The translations under genes were made by a program, and so were the position numbers. Shown here piece after piece: positions 1 to 15,025 of a stretch of DNA of 64,000 nt. The notes beneath the pieces are model-generated. The model was not told the origin of the DNA and did no database searches. It saw only the letters and a program-made list of their open reading frames with translations. Position 1 is the first letter of the stretch, and each line of letters begins with the position of its first letter. The DNA is from the human T2T-CHM13v2.0 reference genome, Homo sapiens. The stretch lies in NCBI RefSeq assembly GCF_009914755.1, contig NC_060926.1. One strand, written 5' to 3'.

Positions 1-2879
1 GCTTCTGAGATTTTTGTCTGGCCTTATTGTCTATATCATGCAGTGCCTTCCATTATTAAAAAATAAAAACACTGTACTTTCAAGGCACTGACAATCATGG
101 ATTCATTCCCATCTATCATTTTCTCTCAGTTATTCCATTGTTCCCAGGTCAGAGTCCTGTTGCTCCTCACTCTTTGGTGGAATTGAGTAGAGAAACAGTT
201 CTCACTTCTCTGAACTATGTTTATTAAGGCCATAATGTGTGCATAGCTCCCAAGATGCAAGCTTTTCTAAGTTGACTGTAGCTCATTCTCCCCCAAATGC
301 ATGTTGGGAGAGAATATCAAGGTCGGGTCATATCAATATAGTCATGACTAAATGACCTGTTGATATTGTATTTTATTGAAGTTCCCTTGTAACTCTGGGA
401 CAAATCCACTCCCAGGAAGCCGTTCTGTCCCTTATCAAACTAAATGCTCTGGTCCAAACTTCTATATCTTCAGAAATGACTGAGATTCTTGTCATAGGAG
501 TCTCCATAATCCCATGGGGGGAAAGTATGGTTGTAAATGGATCTAGCGAAATGTCACATTTTGTAACAAAATCTCAGTCTGACTTACTTGAGTTCCCTAC
601 CATCCTTAGTACTGTATAATTTATACACTAATATTTGTATATATCTATCTCTATGTATCCATCTATATATCTATGAATCTATCTCCATTTATCACATATC
701 TATCTCTATTAGCTACATATCATGTACTTGTATCTACTCCCTCCTTATGAAGATATTAATTTGTTAGTTTTGTGTAACTCTACTGACCTGGAGTAAACTG
801 AGATATATGGGAGATTTATGCTTAGCACAAATTCTGCGAAAGATTTATGTTCAACATCTCCTTTTAAAATATATATTTTAAAACGAGCTTCCCAAAATAC
901 TTATTTCAAACACCATGAAAGAAAAAATGGTATTTAACCCATTTAGAGTCTGACATACATTTTTCTTATTTAACACATTTTTATATAGCTTGAGGTTTCT
1001 TATTTGATTTTTAAATTATTGTGTTAGGAATTATTTTCATTGAAAGATTATTAATGTAAATTAAGTCATAGCAATAACATAAAGATTAATTTTATATATT
1101 CACATTCCTCAGTAAAAATATGATAAAATTTCCATAGAGTTGATTTTTTTCAACTTTATTCTTGAGTATGACCCAATAAATCTGATTTACAGGGCAATTA
1201 TGCAAAACTGTTTTTATTATCACTTTGGATAAAAGTACTATATAAAATAATCTAATAAAATGGTGACTAAGGCACAGCATGTCCTCCAAATGAAAACACA
1301 GGAGCTCTGGTCTGTCTTATTCTTATACTGAGTCCTGTTCCTAGAGTTTCTGTGAGCTCTGAAAAAAATTTCTCTTAGACCCCAATGACAATATTCTTAC
1401 TAAGCATACTCCCTCACCAAGGAAATATCTAGTGGCTGCCCTGATTTTGAAATATATTCTGACTAGTGCCCCACATTTGATTCCTTGGAATCTAACTTTT
1501 GGAAACTATCAGACATATGGACAATAGGGAATAGTGCAGAATTCTCTCCTGTGATTAGTACTGAATCATTCCAGATGAGCTGGAAAAATCTTTCATGTAC
1601 CTGGACCCATGGAATTCAAGAGCTATCTAGCTAAAGAAAGTGGGAATGAGATTTGTTTCCATTGTCAATGCAAGCAACTCAACTAACTATCCTCAAATTA
1701 TATTTTAGCCTCTGGAAGGTTTGGCAAATGCTTGGTTAGTCTAGAAAAAGATATTTGGGAAGGCCACATTACTCAGAGTTGTATGCATCTGAAACCTTTG
1801 TGTGCGTATTTTAAAAATAATTTAGAAAATATATGTACTCACCATTAAGTCATCTTAAAATGTTGTATTTCAATTTTAAATAGCTGGAAAGAATAATTTG
1901 AGGCAGAATATTATGTCAATCTTTAAACAATTTAAGTGGCATAAAAATACATACTGTTATACATATTATCATATATATATATACACACACGTGCAAAACG
2001 TTTTAACAATAACTGTTAGAATGAATGGAATTTCATTCTAATCTATTTTAAACTTTAAAGTCATTCTTGATCATCCTCTCTTATTCCTTTGCAATAAATA
2101 ACCTGTATATAAATAACCTGTATATAAACATAGTTTTGTGTGAAGCAAGTTTCAAAGATAATGACTTTCATGAGAACTGTCTCATTTAATATTAGAACAC
2201 CAAATGTCAGATTTAAAAATAGTTATATGAAGATTTAAAAATAATTAATAAACATAAAAGTATAATTTTACTGGAAATATAAATATGAGGTGGATGGAAA
2301 GTTATGGAAATTTTGATTTATTATATCTGTGGACAGATAATTTCTTATCGAATATCATATGGATAAATGTATTTTTTCTATTTCTGTCATTATTTTAAGC
2401 TTTGAAAAGCTAATGAACGTAAATTAGCAAATAAGAACAGAATGGAGTTCTATACCAAATCTCACATAGTAATCAATCATAAAAACTTATTTTTGACTTT
2501 CTATGTGCTATTAGTTTAATTGAGTCCTGTGTCAATTTTGTTGAAAATAAGACATTGGTAACAATCTTCCTTGCAAAATGATTTCATACTCAGTCATTGA
2601 TTTTTCCATTTTCTTAACATTAACAACCATATTTATCATTCTTTTGGTATTTGAGAGATAAACTATCAGAAAGGAAAATCCATAGGATGCCTTAATAACA
2701 GACACATTCTCAGCCAGACCCATATTAGAAAAGAATACATATGGTAATTGAAATTTTAAAATGAAAGTTTTTTAATAATCTTCATGACCATGTACTCCTA
2801 GGAAAGTTTTCATATATTCCCATGTGTTCCTACAAATCACATCTAAGACTACTAGAGTAAAGTAAAGAACTGGCCTAAA

Positions 2880-3011
2880 GGCAGGAGAATCACTTGAACC
2901 CGGGAGGTGGAGTTGCAGTGAGCCGCGATCATGCTGGCGCACTCCAGCCTGGGTGAGAGAGACAGAGACTCCATCTCAAAAAAAAAAAAAAATTAAAAAT
3001 TAAAAAATAAA
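2880..3011 (+). mobile_element. 5'-truncated Alu (3' part of right arm plus A-tail) with 16-bp TSD
   Basis: GGCAGGAGAATCACTTGAACCCGGGAGG...ACTCCATCTC-poly(A); AAAGAACTGGCCTAAA is repeated at 2864-2879 and 3012-3027. Confidence 0.95.
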
Positions 3012-5184
3012 AAAGAACTGGCCTAAATGATTATCTTGATTTCATTTCAAAAATATAAACTAAATTAAATGAGGAAGAAACACATCTCCTGACCCATAAG
3101 TACTGATAACAGATTGTGCTTCGGTTTCAGCTATTTACGCTTCTCTTAAAAACAAAAACAAAAAGATGCTTGTCTTATGTTCCTTAGACCCAGAAAGCAC
3201 ATTGATTCATGACAATGCACTTCCAAAAACCCATTTCAATTTGTTTTTTAATGTACACAGGTTGCAGATTAAACATACTACATAACTTCCCTTGTGTATC
3301 TAATCAAGCTCAGTGGTATTACATATTTGAGTTTCCTTTGTCAACAATAGACAGTGGGAACAAAGAGTCAAAGAGTTGAAAATTAAAAAGAGAGAGAGAG
3401 AGATTGAAATTATTGTTTTCTCTCAGCCAGTGTAATTCTGCCCTCACAATGATGATGATACTATTCTATAGTTTCATAAGTTTGTATTCACTTTTTAGAA
3501 AAATGAATCTGCATCTAATTATAGAAGAGGGAAATTGGGAAATTGTTATTTTATATTCAACATACATATATATGACATGAAGAGTCTAGAAACAAATAAT
3601 TAAAATAAACATCATAGGAAATATTAAATTTGGGCTACTTCCTAAACATACTCATCCCTTGAAGGATAGAGCAAAGACATCTAACTAGTGCTGCTGGTGC
3701 CATTTTGGCTCTAAAATCTGTTTCTTTATCAAGAAAACTCATCTATAAAAGAAATCTAAAAGATAAAATAAAAGATCATGCTTCATACTGACCATCTATT
3801 GCACAGATTATTGTTTAAAGTGCTACCAGAGCATAAGAAACTTGTAGATAACTTCAAGTTGAATAGGTTTAACAAAACCTATTTAAAGAAAGAATTGAGC
3901 TTAGAAGTATAGGGTATATGCAATGGCCCTTCTGAGCACACTTTATCTCACTTAATAGTGCAGTTAAATCTATACCATTCCCCTAGCAATAATCAGTGCT
4001 GAGTATTTCAGAAATCCTAATCTCTAATGCATAATTCAAGAAAATAAACAGGTGCTTTTGGATTGCCTTCAGTGTAAAATCTAGATCTAGATTTACTGTT
4101 TTATAAACTTAATGTCCCCACTTCACTGATACATAAGAGCTACATTTATTTACCTGCAATTCAAGGCCTCAGTGCTTTAACCTTTGTCTTCCTGCTTTAT
4201 GATGTTGTAGTACTCCTTTTACAGAAATACCTATATTAAATAGAGATGGACAATCTAGATTTTACCCCAACAAATAAGTTCATTTAGGCACTGATTAATC
4301 ACATGTAAAGTGAGGCATGTTAAATTTTCTCCTCCAACACAGTAAAATTAAATATATCAATTTCTTCACTGTCAGAATAACGTAATAGACATGGAGGAGG
4401 ACTAAGATTGAGTAAATTCGTTCCAGTGCTGTCTTTTTACTGTGTGTGTAATTTTGGATGAGTTGCTTGTGTGTTCTCAGGATCTATTAACTACATTTAT
4501 CAACAGGGTAATAATAGCCCCTGTTCCCCTATAGGCTAATGGCAACTTTCAAATCTTTTGAAAAAGTCAAAAGCCTTTGCATTTGGTCCTGACCCATTAT
4601 TACTCTGTGAATTAATCCTAAAAGTCAGTACTCAATAATGTGGCTTTTTAATCATGAGCAACAGTGGCTGCCCTTTCTGTCACTATCTTCAAACTCACCA
4701 GTTCTCTCTGCTTGTTAGCGAGTTAGCTACTTACAAAGCTACTTCTAGGCAATTGTGTTTGACACCTGGCCTCTTAGAGTTATCTGCTTCCTACAATACT
4801 GTAAGATGCTTGGGGTCTAGAAACCACATGGAGCAACCACCATTCAATTTCCATGCGGGGATGATATTTTTCTTTGCACATTCCTCAATGTCAGTGGTTC
4901 TTGCACTCCCAAAGCCAGAATATCCATCAGCATGATTGATCTTGTTTTCACCCTAGAAGAGTCCTTGACATCAATGGAGCTTTTTAAAGTACTGACACTT
5001 TAACTAATCTGGATTGTGGCCTAGGCACCTTAAAGCTCTCCAAGAGCTATAAAGATTAAGAACCACTAATCTAGAAGAATCTAGAGGATTCCTTAAGAAA
5101 TTTTTAAAAATATTTGCATAAAATTCCTAATTTTCAAGCATGGGAAATTACTGGAAGATACCTGTTGACAACAGCATCAGGAAG

Positions 5185-6952
5185 ATACATTTGGGAAAGG
5201 ACAGTCTCTTCAACAATAGTGCTGGGGAAACAGGATATCCATAAGCAGAAGAATGAAACTAAACTTTTATCTCTCACCATATAAAAAAATTAAATCAAAA
5301 TATATTAAAACCTTAAATGTAAGACCTGAAACTATGAAACTCCTACAAGAAAACATTGGGAAATGCTTCAGGACATTGATCTGGAAAAAGATTTCTTGAG
5401 GAAGCTGTCAAAAGCACAGGCAAATAAAGTAAAAATGGACACATGGCATCACATCAAGTTAAAAGCATCTGCACAACAAAGGTAACAATCAAGAAAGTGA
5501 AGAGACAAGTTACAGAATTGGATAAAATATTTGCAAACTATTCAACTGACAAGTGATTAATAACCAGGATATATAAGAAACTCAAACAACACAATAGCAA
5601 AATAATATAATAATAATAATAATAATAAATGATCCAAGTAAGAAATGGGCAAAAATCTGAATAGACATTTCTTGAATACATACAAATGGCCAACAGATAT
5701 ATAAAAAAATGCTCAATATCAATAACCATCAGAGAAATGCAAATCAAAACCACATAAGTTATCTTACCCTAGTTAGAATGGCTTTTATCAAAAAGACAGG
5801 GAATAATAAATATTTGTGAGGATGTGGAGAAAGGGGAAAGCTAATAAGCTGTCAGTGGGAATGTAAGTTAGTACGTCCACTGCAAAAGATAGTGGGCAAG
5901 TTCCTCAAAAAACTAAAAATAGAACTAGCATGTGATCCAGCAATCCCACAGCTGGATATTTATCCCAAAACAAAAGGACTTCAGTATATTGAAGAGGTAT
6001 CTGCACTCCCATGTCTACTGCAGTACTATGCACATTAGCCAAGACACAGATTCAACGTTAAGTGTCCATTGATAGATGAATGGATAAAGACAATGTGTTA
6101 CATATAGACAGTGACATATTATTCAGCCATGAAAAAGGATGATATCCTGATATTTGCAACAACGTGGATAGAACTGCAGGATATTATGTTAAGGAGAATA
6201 AGCCAAGCATTGCAAGATAAGTATCTCATGTTCATGTTCTCACTTATATGTGGGAGCTAGAGTATTGATCTCATGGCAGTAGAGAGTAGAATGATTGTTA
6301 CCAGAGGCTGGGAAATGTAGACGGAGAAAGAGAGATACAGGGGAAGAAAAAGAGATTGACTAATGGGTACAAAAATATAGATAGATAGAAGGAATAAAGT
6401 CCAGTGTTTGGTAGCACAATAGCGTTCCCATAATCAACAATAATTTATTGTATATTTCAATATAACTAGAAGATTGGATTTGGAATGTTTTCAACACAAA
6501 GAAATAATAAATGTTGGAGGTGAAGAATATCTCCATTTTGCTCTTTTTTTTTTTTTTTTTTTTTTTGAGGCAGAGTCTTGCTCTATCACCCAGGCTGGAA
6601 AGTGTACAGCAGTAGCACGATCTTTGCTCACTGCAACCTCCATCTCCTGGGTTCAAGAGATTCTCCTGCCTCAGCCTCCTGAGTAGCTGAGATTACAGGT
6701 ACATGCCACCACGCTCAGCTAATTTTTGTATTTTTATTAGAGACAGGGTTTCACCATGTTGGCCAGGCTGCACATTAACACCTGACCTCCAGTGATCCAC
6801 CCACCTCAGCCTCTCAAAATGTTGGGATTACAGGTGTGAGCCACAGTGCCCAGCCACAATTTTCCTCATTTGATTATTACATATTGTATGCTTGTATGAA
6901 AATAGCACATAAACCCTATAAATATGTACAACTATTTTGTATCCATAAAAAA
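5185..6952 (+). mobile_element. L1MA-type LINE-1 3' fragment (ORF2 end plus 3'UTR), interrupted by an Alu
   Basis: GGGAAAGGACAGTCTCTTCAACAA, GAAATGCAAATCAAAACCAC, GATCCAGCAATCCCAC; L1MA-style 3'UTR ending TATGTACAACTATTTTGTATCCATAAAAA. Confidence 0.9.
6544..6855 (-). mobile_element. Alu (AluS-like) nested in L1MA
   Basis: poly(T), then GAGGCAGAGTCTTGCTCT...GGGATTACAGGTGTGAGCCACAGTGCCCAGCC. Confidence 0.95.
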
Positions 6953-7359
6953 TATATATAATTATATATGATAATATATAATATATATTATTAAATGATA
7001 TATAGTATGATACATAATATAATATATAATATAGGGTATGAAGTGAGAGAGACAAAAGGGAAATAATAATCTATTTTATGTTTAAACGCTGCAGCATATT
7101 GAAGGCGGGAAGAACACCAATAACAATAATGTTTGTGGTGGTTCTTGGTAGCCATTAATGCCCTTAATAATGAATAAGAATTTAATGACTAAAAAATAAG
7201 CTGCACTTTTCTGGAATGGTTGACTTTCAGTGAAGAAAAAAATTAACTTTGCTTCAATTTAAAAAGTTACTTTGCCTCTCATTTAAACAACCCTAGTCCC
7301 TGCTTGCCTGCTGATAAATTCTTATCTTAATGTCTACTCCAGCTGATTCTTCTTTTCAG

Positions 7360-7475
7360 CTCTAGACTCTGATCTCCTTGAGAACAGCAGCATCACATTC
7401 ATCTTTTATTTCCCCCTTCTTTGCAGTATCCCTGGCATATAGAAGGCACTCAGTAAATATTGATATGAACTGAGC
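7360..7475 (+). mobile_element. L2 3'-end fragment
   Basis: CTAGACTCTGATCTCCTTGAGAACAG...CCTGGCATATAGAAGGCACTCAGTAAATATTG resembles the L2 3' terminus. Confidence 0.6.
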
Positions 7476-9400
7476 TGAAAGCACCCTATCTTCACCTTGA
7501 TCTCCTGGCTTTCTAAGCTGGGTAAAATTAGACATAATCATTATATTCTTGTAAAAGCAAGGACTACAGTGCCTCAGAGCTTTAAGCAACCCACTGTCAT
7601 TCCACAAAGAGGTAGCATTTTGGATACAAAAGAAATTAGCATGTATTAATTTAAGATGGCCTAATTCAAGTAGCAAATATATTTGAAAGCATAGTAAAGC
7701 AATAGCATGAATAACTGTTTTGCCACCTGATATATTGATAGAAAAGGAGAAAGCTTTACCCCTGAAATAAAATGCTTAATCTCAGTGTCAGTGTTTTGTA
7801 TATTAAAAATCTTAATTGAAAAAATTACATCATGAAACTATTAGCAATCATTGTAACTGTTAGACCACAGGAGAATGTGCAAGTTGCTGCTAAGTACGTG
7901 GCAAGTTTTTATAATAATAATCAGCTAAACTGCTTAAGTGAGTGATACCATTTAAATTAGGAAATTAAAGCTTGAATTATTTTTCTGAAAATTTGCTACT
8001 GCTTCTTAAAGAAGCTAAAGTCTTGTTGGATATTGGAATTCTCTATAGCCACTGATTGTGTGCTGTTTACAATCAATCTATAATTTGCTTGGCTGCTTCC
8101 AATAAAATATTAATGCAATCAAACCTAAAATGTTTCTGTTCACAGGCATCCTCTTATCATGGGTCAGACTATAAAGCTCTATTATTAACATAAGCCAAGT
8201 ATTTGCTGTTTAACTGCATACAGATAACTTTGGAAATCTCATCCTAAGGAGTTCAAGATACTTTTTTTCCTTTGGACTAGGACTTCATTTTCTAACTAGA
8301 TAATTTTCAGCTAAGTATTTATTGTTAATATATAGTTGACATAGATTGTCTTAGGCAATATGCAAATTATTAAAGGGTATAGGATAAAGTTCTGACATTT
8401 ATATATGACTGCAGAGACAATAATACACATAAAAAGGTTGAGAACATAAGACAACATGTTCTTAAAACAATGCTACATGCTGTCATTTCTGAGGAAGGGG
8501 GTTTCTCATTGAGGGTAGTATCAGAAGAGGATTAGACACAGGGCATCAAGATGAGTGACAATCGAATGTAAACATCCCTCCTACCAAGTGGCTCTTATCC
8601 TGTCCTTTACTCAAAAGTAGATAGCCATTGTAAAAACACTTTAATAAGAAGGAAATCTCATGTATGTTGAAATAACTATGTATCAAATTAGAGAATTTGG
8701 TGTACTTGAGCTGAAGTCATTAAGACTGGAAAGTAAACAGATAAAAAGGTAAAGGATAGAGCCTTCCAGCTGCAGAAAATAAAGGAAAAAGAAAAACAAA
8801 AACAAGAAACCTTTGAGAATGGTTTTCCTGGAATAAACAAGTAGGGGTAGGGTGAAATACAACTGATGAACAGACTCTGGCACAGATAAATTTACATTAT
8901 TTTAATCAGAGAAGAGATTTTATCTCAAAAATAAATCTCACGAAGTTCTAGATTGTGATGGAAGAGCTTTGATACTCCGACATATTTGACATTATACTAG
9001 TTCTAGGATTTCTTTATCCTGGATATGACTACAGTGATCCTAAAACTCCTCAAGAAGTTTCATATTTAGTAGAAAGACATCCCAAAACTCACTTCATACT
9101 AGGTCCCACCATATATAATCACTAAATGGGGTTACAGGTTTCAACTTTCCATGAAGCTAATGGGTCACATCAGATAAACAGTTTCTTGTTTCATTAAATC
9201 AAATAGTCTGATTTTGATGCAAAAGCTAATGTCTTACCATGCATCCTTCTGGCTTACGTCTCAAGTCAAATCACTATACATACACTACCATAACTGAATA
9301 CAACAAGCTGTGTTCATTGATTATTGAGTGAGGAGGAGCTGTATCATTTAAAAAACAAATTGTATGGGTCTCCCTGAGAAGAAATATAAAGAGCTAGCTT

Positions 9401-9957
9401 TAGGTTTCTCAACAGAAGCACTATTGACACTTTGTTATTTTTTGTTTTTGTTTTTGAGACTGAGTCTTGCTCTGTCACCCAGGCTGGAGTGCAGTGGCAC
9501 AATGTGGGCTCACTGCAACTTCCATCTCCTGGGTTCAAGCTATTCTCCTGCCTCAGCCTCTTGAGTAACTGGCATTACAGGTGCCAGCCACCACACCTGG
9601 CTAATTTTTAAAAAATATTTTTAGTAGATATGAGGTTTCACATGTTGCCAGGCTGGTCTTGAACTCCTGACCTCAAGTGATCCACACACCTCGGCCTTCC
9701 AAAGTGCTGGGATTACAGGTGTGAACCACTGCTCCCGGCCACTATTGACACTTTGGACTGAGTAATTCTTGGTTGCGTCTCTGTGTGGTGGTGGGTGGGG
9801 GTGTCATATACATTGTAGGATGCTGAGCAGTGTCTCTGGCCACTACTCACTAGATACCTGTTACCCTGCTCCTCTAAGAGTATGACAATCAAACTCTCTC
9901 TAGATGTTTGCAAATTATTCCCCGGTGGGCTAAATCACCTGTGGTTGAAAATTACTG
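9401..9957 (-). mobile_element. MER20 hAT DNA transposon split by an Alu
   Basis: GGTTTCTCAAC...CACTATTGACA...CATTGTAGGATG...CACTAGAT...GGTTGAAAATTACTG matches the reverse of the MER20 consensus, including both TIRs. Confidence 0.8.
9435..9739 (-). mobile_element. Alu (AluS-like) with 16-bp TSD
   Basis: Full dimer; CACTATTGACACTTTG at 9419-9434 and 9740-9755. Confidence 0.95.
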
Positions 9958-11837
9958 GGTAAGAGAAAAGGAGAAAAAAGAAAAAACACCAATTTAGGCA
10001 ATATGAGTTCAAGTCTTAAGTTGACTTAGAAAGCAGATTGTATACTCTTTTTTACAAATGATCTTATGTTATTTGTCTCAGAAGGGAGGGTGTAATTCTC
10101 AAAGGGGTCCAGGATGAGATGAATAATACTGTAGTGAGTATTTGGATGTGCATGCTAGAAGCTTGAATAACTTTTTTTTTAACGACCCACTTTTATGGGT
10201 CCCTATTGCCCCTTAAAATATAGAAGAAACCAGCATTGGGTCATGTGTTAATAATTTCTGTCTTTACCACCATATGCATTATTATCAGCTGATAATCTCT
10301 GGATTTTTATGAAGCTTCTGGCATTTACTCTGAGCAGAGCAGAAACAGTTCATTTTACTTTTGTTGAAGAATGAGTTTTTGTGCCATGTGACAAGAAAGG
10401 AGTTATGCAACATCATTTCAGACTCTGCAGACCAGACATCTGAAGATGTGAGATGAATAAGAATAAGTGCAATTACATAAGATCGGACTAGAAGACACTT
10501 CAGAGCCATGACAGGAGATCTCCCAATCTTGGCAAGGGAAACAGGTCCCAGAGACCTCCAGTGTCTACTTTTAATAGTCAGGTTGCCCTTCCCTTTGATT
10601 TGCATATGGATTATTCAGGCATCCCTGTGGTATTACTATATGTTCAGTAGAAAATGTTAGTAATAGCATATATTCTTTGTTGGCATACCAGCAGGAAAAC
10701 TAGGGATACCCTATGATCCAAAAGTCCTCAGGCCAAAGTACTCAGTCCTGCTTCTTGTGCTTTTTGGGCTTATGCAGTATTACTGATCACAAGCCAGTAT
10801 TAGAGTTACATTTGGATTGGTGGCTTTAATAACCTGGATTTCTTCCATTCATATGTAACCAAGTCCTTTTGATAAGCTAAGGCAATATGATATAAAAGTT
10901 AATATAATATGCAAAATCGACATGAATTTCTTCACTGTTTGAAATGATGTCATGATAAATCTCAATATTATAAAAGGATTTCTGGATATGTCTAGTTTAA
11001 ATGAAGTCTTTTGATAAAAGGTAAAATGGCTTAGTTTAGAATATCATGTGAATATCTAATTTAATCCCTGCCTACTTGCCTATGCAATACATTTGCATAT
11101 CACCATAGGCACTGTGAAAATGGTTAGAACTGTTTGATCCACAATCATTCCCTTCTTGCTAATGTATCTATCATGCTCAACCTCCCTCCTAGTTTCCTAA
11201 ATTCAGTCAGCCATCCTGGCCAGCTTACAAATAAGAAACATGATTGACAGCTGTCTTCTCTCAAACTTCTACGGCTATTCTCTTTACCTTCCCCCTTTTA
11301 AAAATGTGCTTCCTCAATCTAAATTCCATTCAGTCTAGGGATTCCTTTCTTCTTCATTGACAAACTCCCCCTCTATCTTCTGTCTCTTCCTTAATTGACC
11401 TGGCATGTCACATTAACAGACATGGTTTTCTCCCTTGAAGATGTGTCCCATTGGGACTCTGGTGGAAGGAATCCCATTCACTTATTTGAAGCAATACAGG
11501 ACTTTAGTTACCCATCTGCATTTCTGATTTTGGTATCAATTCATTTATATCATGCTTTCCACATTCTTGCTTTAATCACTCCTAAACTTCAATGAATCAA
11601 TCTCTCTGTAATAACAATCGTATGGAAAGGAAAATGAAAACTTCTGTTTTTATTACAAATTTAATAGCAATAATAAAGCTAATTTGTTTGGAGATTGCAT
11701 AAATAGACATACATTGTAAAGAAAAGAGATTTTAAAGAACAGATATCAAAACCTCAAGATTGTAGACAGGAGAAGAGTGAGAATGGTAGACCTATATAGC
11801 ATGTATGTCAAATAGGAAATATGTTATTTAAATACTT

Positions 11838-12468
11838 ATTTTAATTTTTTTAACTTTTAATTTTTGTGAGTACAGAGTAAGTGTATATATACTTATAGAG
11901 TACATGAGATGTTTTGATAAACCCATGCAATGTGAAATAATAACAACATGGAGACTGAGTATCTATCAATCACCTCAAGCATTTATTCTTTGTGTTACAA
12001 TTCAGTGATACTCTTTTAGTTATTTTTCAAGGTACAATTAAGTTATTATTGACTATAGTCACCCTGTTGTGCTATCAAGTGGTAAGTCTTATTCATTTTA
12101 TCTAACTATGTTTTTGTACCCATTAACCATCCCCACCTCCCTACCAGCCCCCCACTACCCTTCCCAGCCTCTGGTAACCATCCTTCTACTTGCTATGTTC
12201 ATGAGTTCAATAGTTTTGATTTTTAGATTCCATAAATAAGTGAGAAAATACAGTGTTTGTCTTTCTATGCCTGGCTTATTTCACTTAACATAATGATCCC
12301 CAGTTCCTTCCATGCTGTTATAAATGACAGAATCTCATTCTTTTTTTATGGCTGAATAGTATACTCCCTTGTGTATATGTACCACATTTTCTTTATCCAC
12401 TCATTTGCTGATGGACACGTAGGTTGCTTCCAAATCTTAGCTACTGTGAACAGTGCTACCACAAATAT
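11838..12468 (-). mobile_element. L1MA-type 3' fragment
   Basis: TTGTCTTTCTATGCCTGGCTTATTTCACTTAACATAATG, TTTTATGGCTGAATAGTA, GTACCACATTTTCTTTATCCA. Confidence 0.9.
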
Positions 12469-13862
12469 GAAATATATGGTATTCAACTGTTACATATTTT
12501 TTATTTAGTTATATTTGTATCTATAAAATTCAGATCCAAATATTCCTGTCTGTAATTAAGAAAGAGAACTGTGAGTAGTCAGGGCCAAAGAAGAAACTGT
12601 ATTAAGAACAGAAAGGCTTTTGCAGATGGCTAAGCATAATTACCAGGTAGAAAAAGGGTCCAACAAGGCGTTCTAGTATGAAGGGTTAGCAACATGCAGC
12701 AAGAGCAGCATGTACAGAACAGATGCAGTTTCTCCTCTTCTGAGAGATAAAGCCTCTGGATGACCATGCTAGCAATGATGCACTGCCAACCAGTCATATG
12801 GAGGAAAACAGTAAAGAGATGACATTCCTTGAACAATCTTTGATGAATTACATGAAAACTGAGAAAGTGCCAAGAGAAAAGTAGGAAGTGCGAAGTAAGA
12901 AAAAATAAAAAAAAAAAAAAATAAAGACCTCTTAAATTGTCTGCTAACAATTGGAGACTTGTGGCTATTATTTACTTCAAATCCCAGGTCAGGGAGTAAA
13001 TCAAGCTGTTTAACAGAAGACATGAAGAAACCGGTAACATACAGTTATAAAAGTAGAAGATATTAATAGCCATCATCAAAGCTAAAGGACTGTCATAAAG
13101 ATGAGAGGTGAGATCAATCAGTACCCATCTTTCAGTCCATTCAAGGGACTTTCCTGCTCTGAGTGACGTAATTTGGAGGCCCTGAATATCTCAAATACAC
13201 ACAAAATAAATGTATTAAAGAATACTCAGACACACCGGTACAGCTCAACCCATAAACCACACATCTGTTCTTCTGACTGAGTCAGGCCTCTAGGAAGTTC
13301 CTTACCACATCTCTTGCTCTATATCTTCAAAACAAAGAACAACTGTTTTTGGAAGTTCTGAAGGTTTGGATTGTGCTACTAACTTTTTTTAGGGCACTAT
13401 TTTGAACTATAAGGAGCTTTTCAGCTTTGGAAACACTTGGATGAAGGAAGAAAAAAAAAATTAACTTGTGAATCCTTCTTTCCAATAGCAAGGAAGCGAT
13501 ACATTCTTGAGTAATGAAGCATGTTTTGCCAGTCACACCATGCATTTGTTTCCTCCACGCTTCTCTTATTGTTCCAGTTTAGGATCTAAGAGATAATAAT
13601 CACAATAAAAAATTTGATTTATTTTATACAATAAGATGCAGTTTTAAAAAAGGTAAAACAAGAGGTGATCTTCAAATGGAGGGTGAATTGTGGTCTTAGA
13701 CAAAAACTAAAAGTGAATTTATATTTTCCACATTATTGAGTATAAACTAATTTACCTTTAATATCAGTGAAAGCTTAGCAAAAAAATGCTAACAGATCTG
13801 AATGATTTCACTATTAAAATGATTACAGTATTTTTAAAATTTTAGAGAAATTTGTTTCCTAA

Positions 13863-13936
13863 ATAGATACAACATGTGGAAAAAAAGATAGATACAACAT
13901 GTGGAAAAAAAGATAGATACAACATGTGGAAAAAAG
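13863..13936. repeat. 25-bp tandem repeat, 3 copies
   Basis: ATAGATACAACATGTGGAAAAAAAG three times; the last copy lacks one A. Confidence 0.95.
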
Positions 13937-14469
13937 GGAATACAAATATTATTCCAATAAAAATAAGATAATTAGAACAAGAAAATCAACACAATTTCTA
14001 TGACTATGAAAGATAAGATTCATGAACATATAAGCTCAACACTTATTTCTATAGGGAATAACACTGGCAATTATAGATCAAAGTATATAAAGAAAACAAA
14101 TTTGGCAACATATGCTATTTCCATTTTTTTAATACTATGTTACCATTGAAACATTTGAAAGAAGAATGGAAACAATAATCTATGAAACTAGATATTGTTT
14201 TAAGTGATGGTGAAAACTGCAATCTGAGATAGCAATTTATAAAATGAAATTACAGTATTTTGTAATATTTTCTGTGATGACACTTTAATATTTGTCACCT
14301 CATCACAAAATTTGAACAATACTATTTCAATTCTTTGGTTTACACCTTAATCTAACTGCCAATTTAAGAATTTTATGGACGATTGTAATGGCTATTGTCT
14401 CAGTGGGCTAAAATTTTCTATATTGAAACTACAAAAGTAAAATAACTAGAGCTATAATAACTCAGAGCT

Positions 14470-14665
14470 GTTGTAGGCTGAGAGTGGTGACAGGGATTAT
14501 CTACAAAGAGGCATGAGGGAATTTCTGGATGATGAAAATATCTAACAACTGCATTGCTTTGGTGACTGCATGACTATAAACATTTGTCAAATTCATCAAC
14601 TGTACACTTAAGAAGGGTGAACATCATTATATGGAAATTATACCTCAAAAAGTTGACTTTTAAAA
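14470..14665 (+). mobile_element. old L1M (L1MC/ME-like) 3'UTR fragment
   Basis: GGCATGAGGGAATTTCTGGATGATGAAAAT...CATTTGTCAAATTCATCAACTGTACACTTAA...AAATTATACCTCAAAAAG. Confidence 0.7.
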
Positions 14666-15025
14666 ACAATAAAACATTTGTTCTTTAAATGCTGGCAATA
14701 TATCATTATTCCAACAAATTATTTCAAAATAATTTGTTTTTAAAAGTTGTCTAATTTGGCATTACTCTCAACAGAAGAAAATGTGTTATTCTGATTATAA
14801 CAACATAGTTGTTAATGTTGATAAAAATGTAAGTTAAGATTGCATAAACATAATTTGTGACTCATGTCAGTCTTAATGTATTAGTCATCCAAATGCCACT
14901 GACTCAGAAAATAATCAGACATGCATAATAAAATTATATTTATTTACAATTTATATTTTACCAACTTTCCTTCTCTGGAAATTGTAGCTTAATACATACA
15001 TTTCAATATTTCCACTACACAGAAT

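Noticed and set aside
13863-13936. Three 25-bp direct repeats that superficially resemble a CRISPR array
   Set aside because: No spacers, eukaryotic context and no cas genes; a simple tandem duplication (the same applies to 52138-52227).
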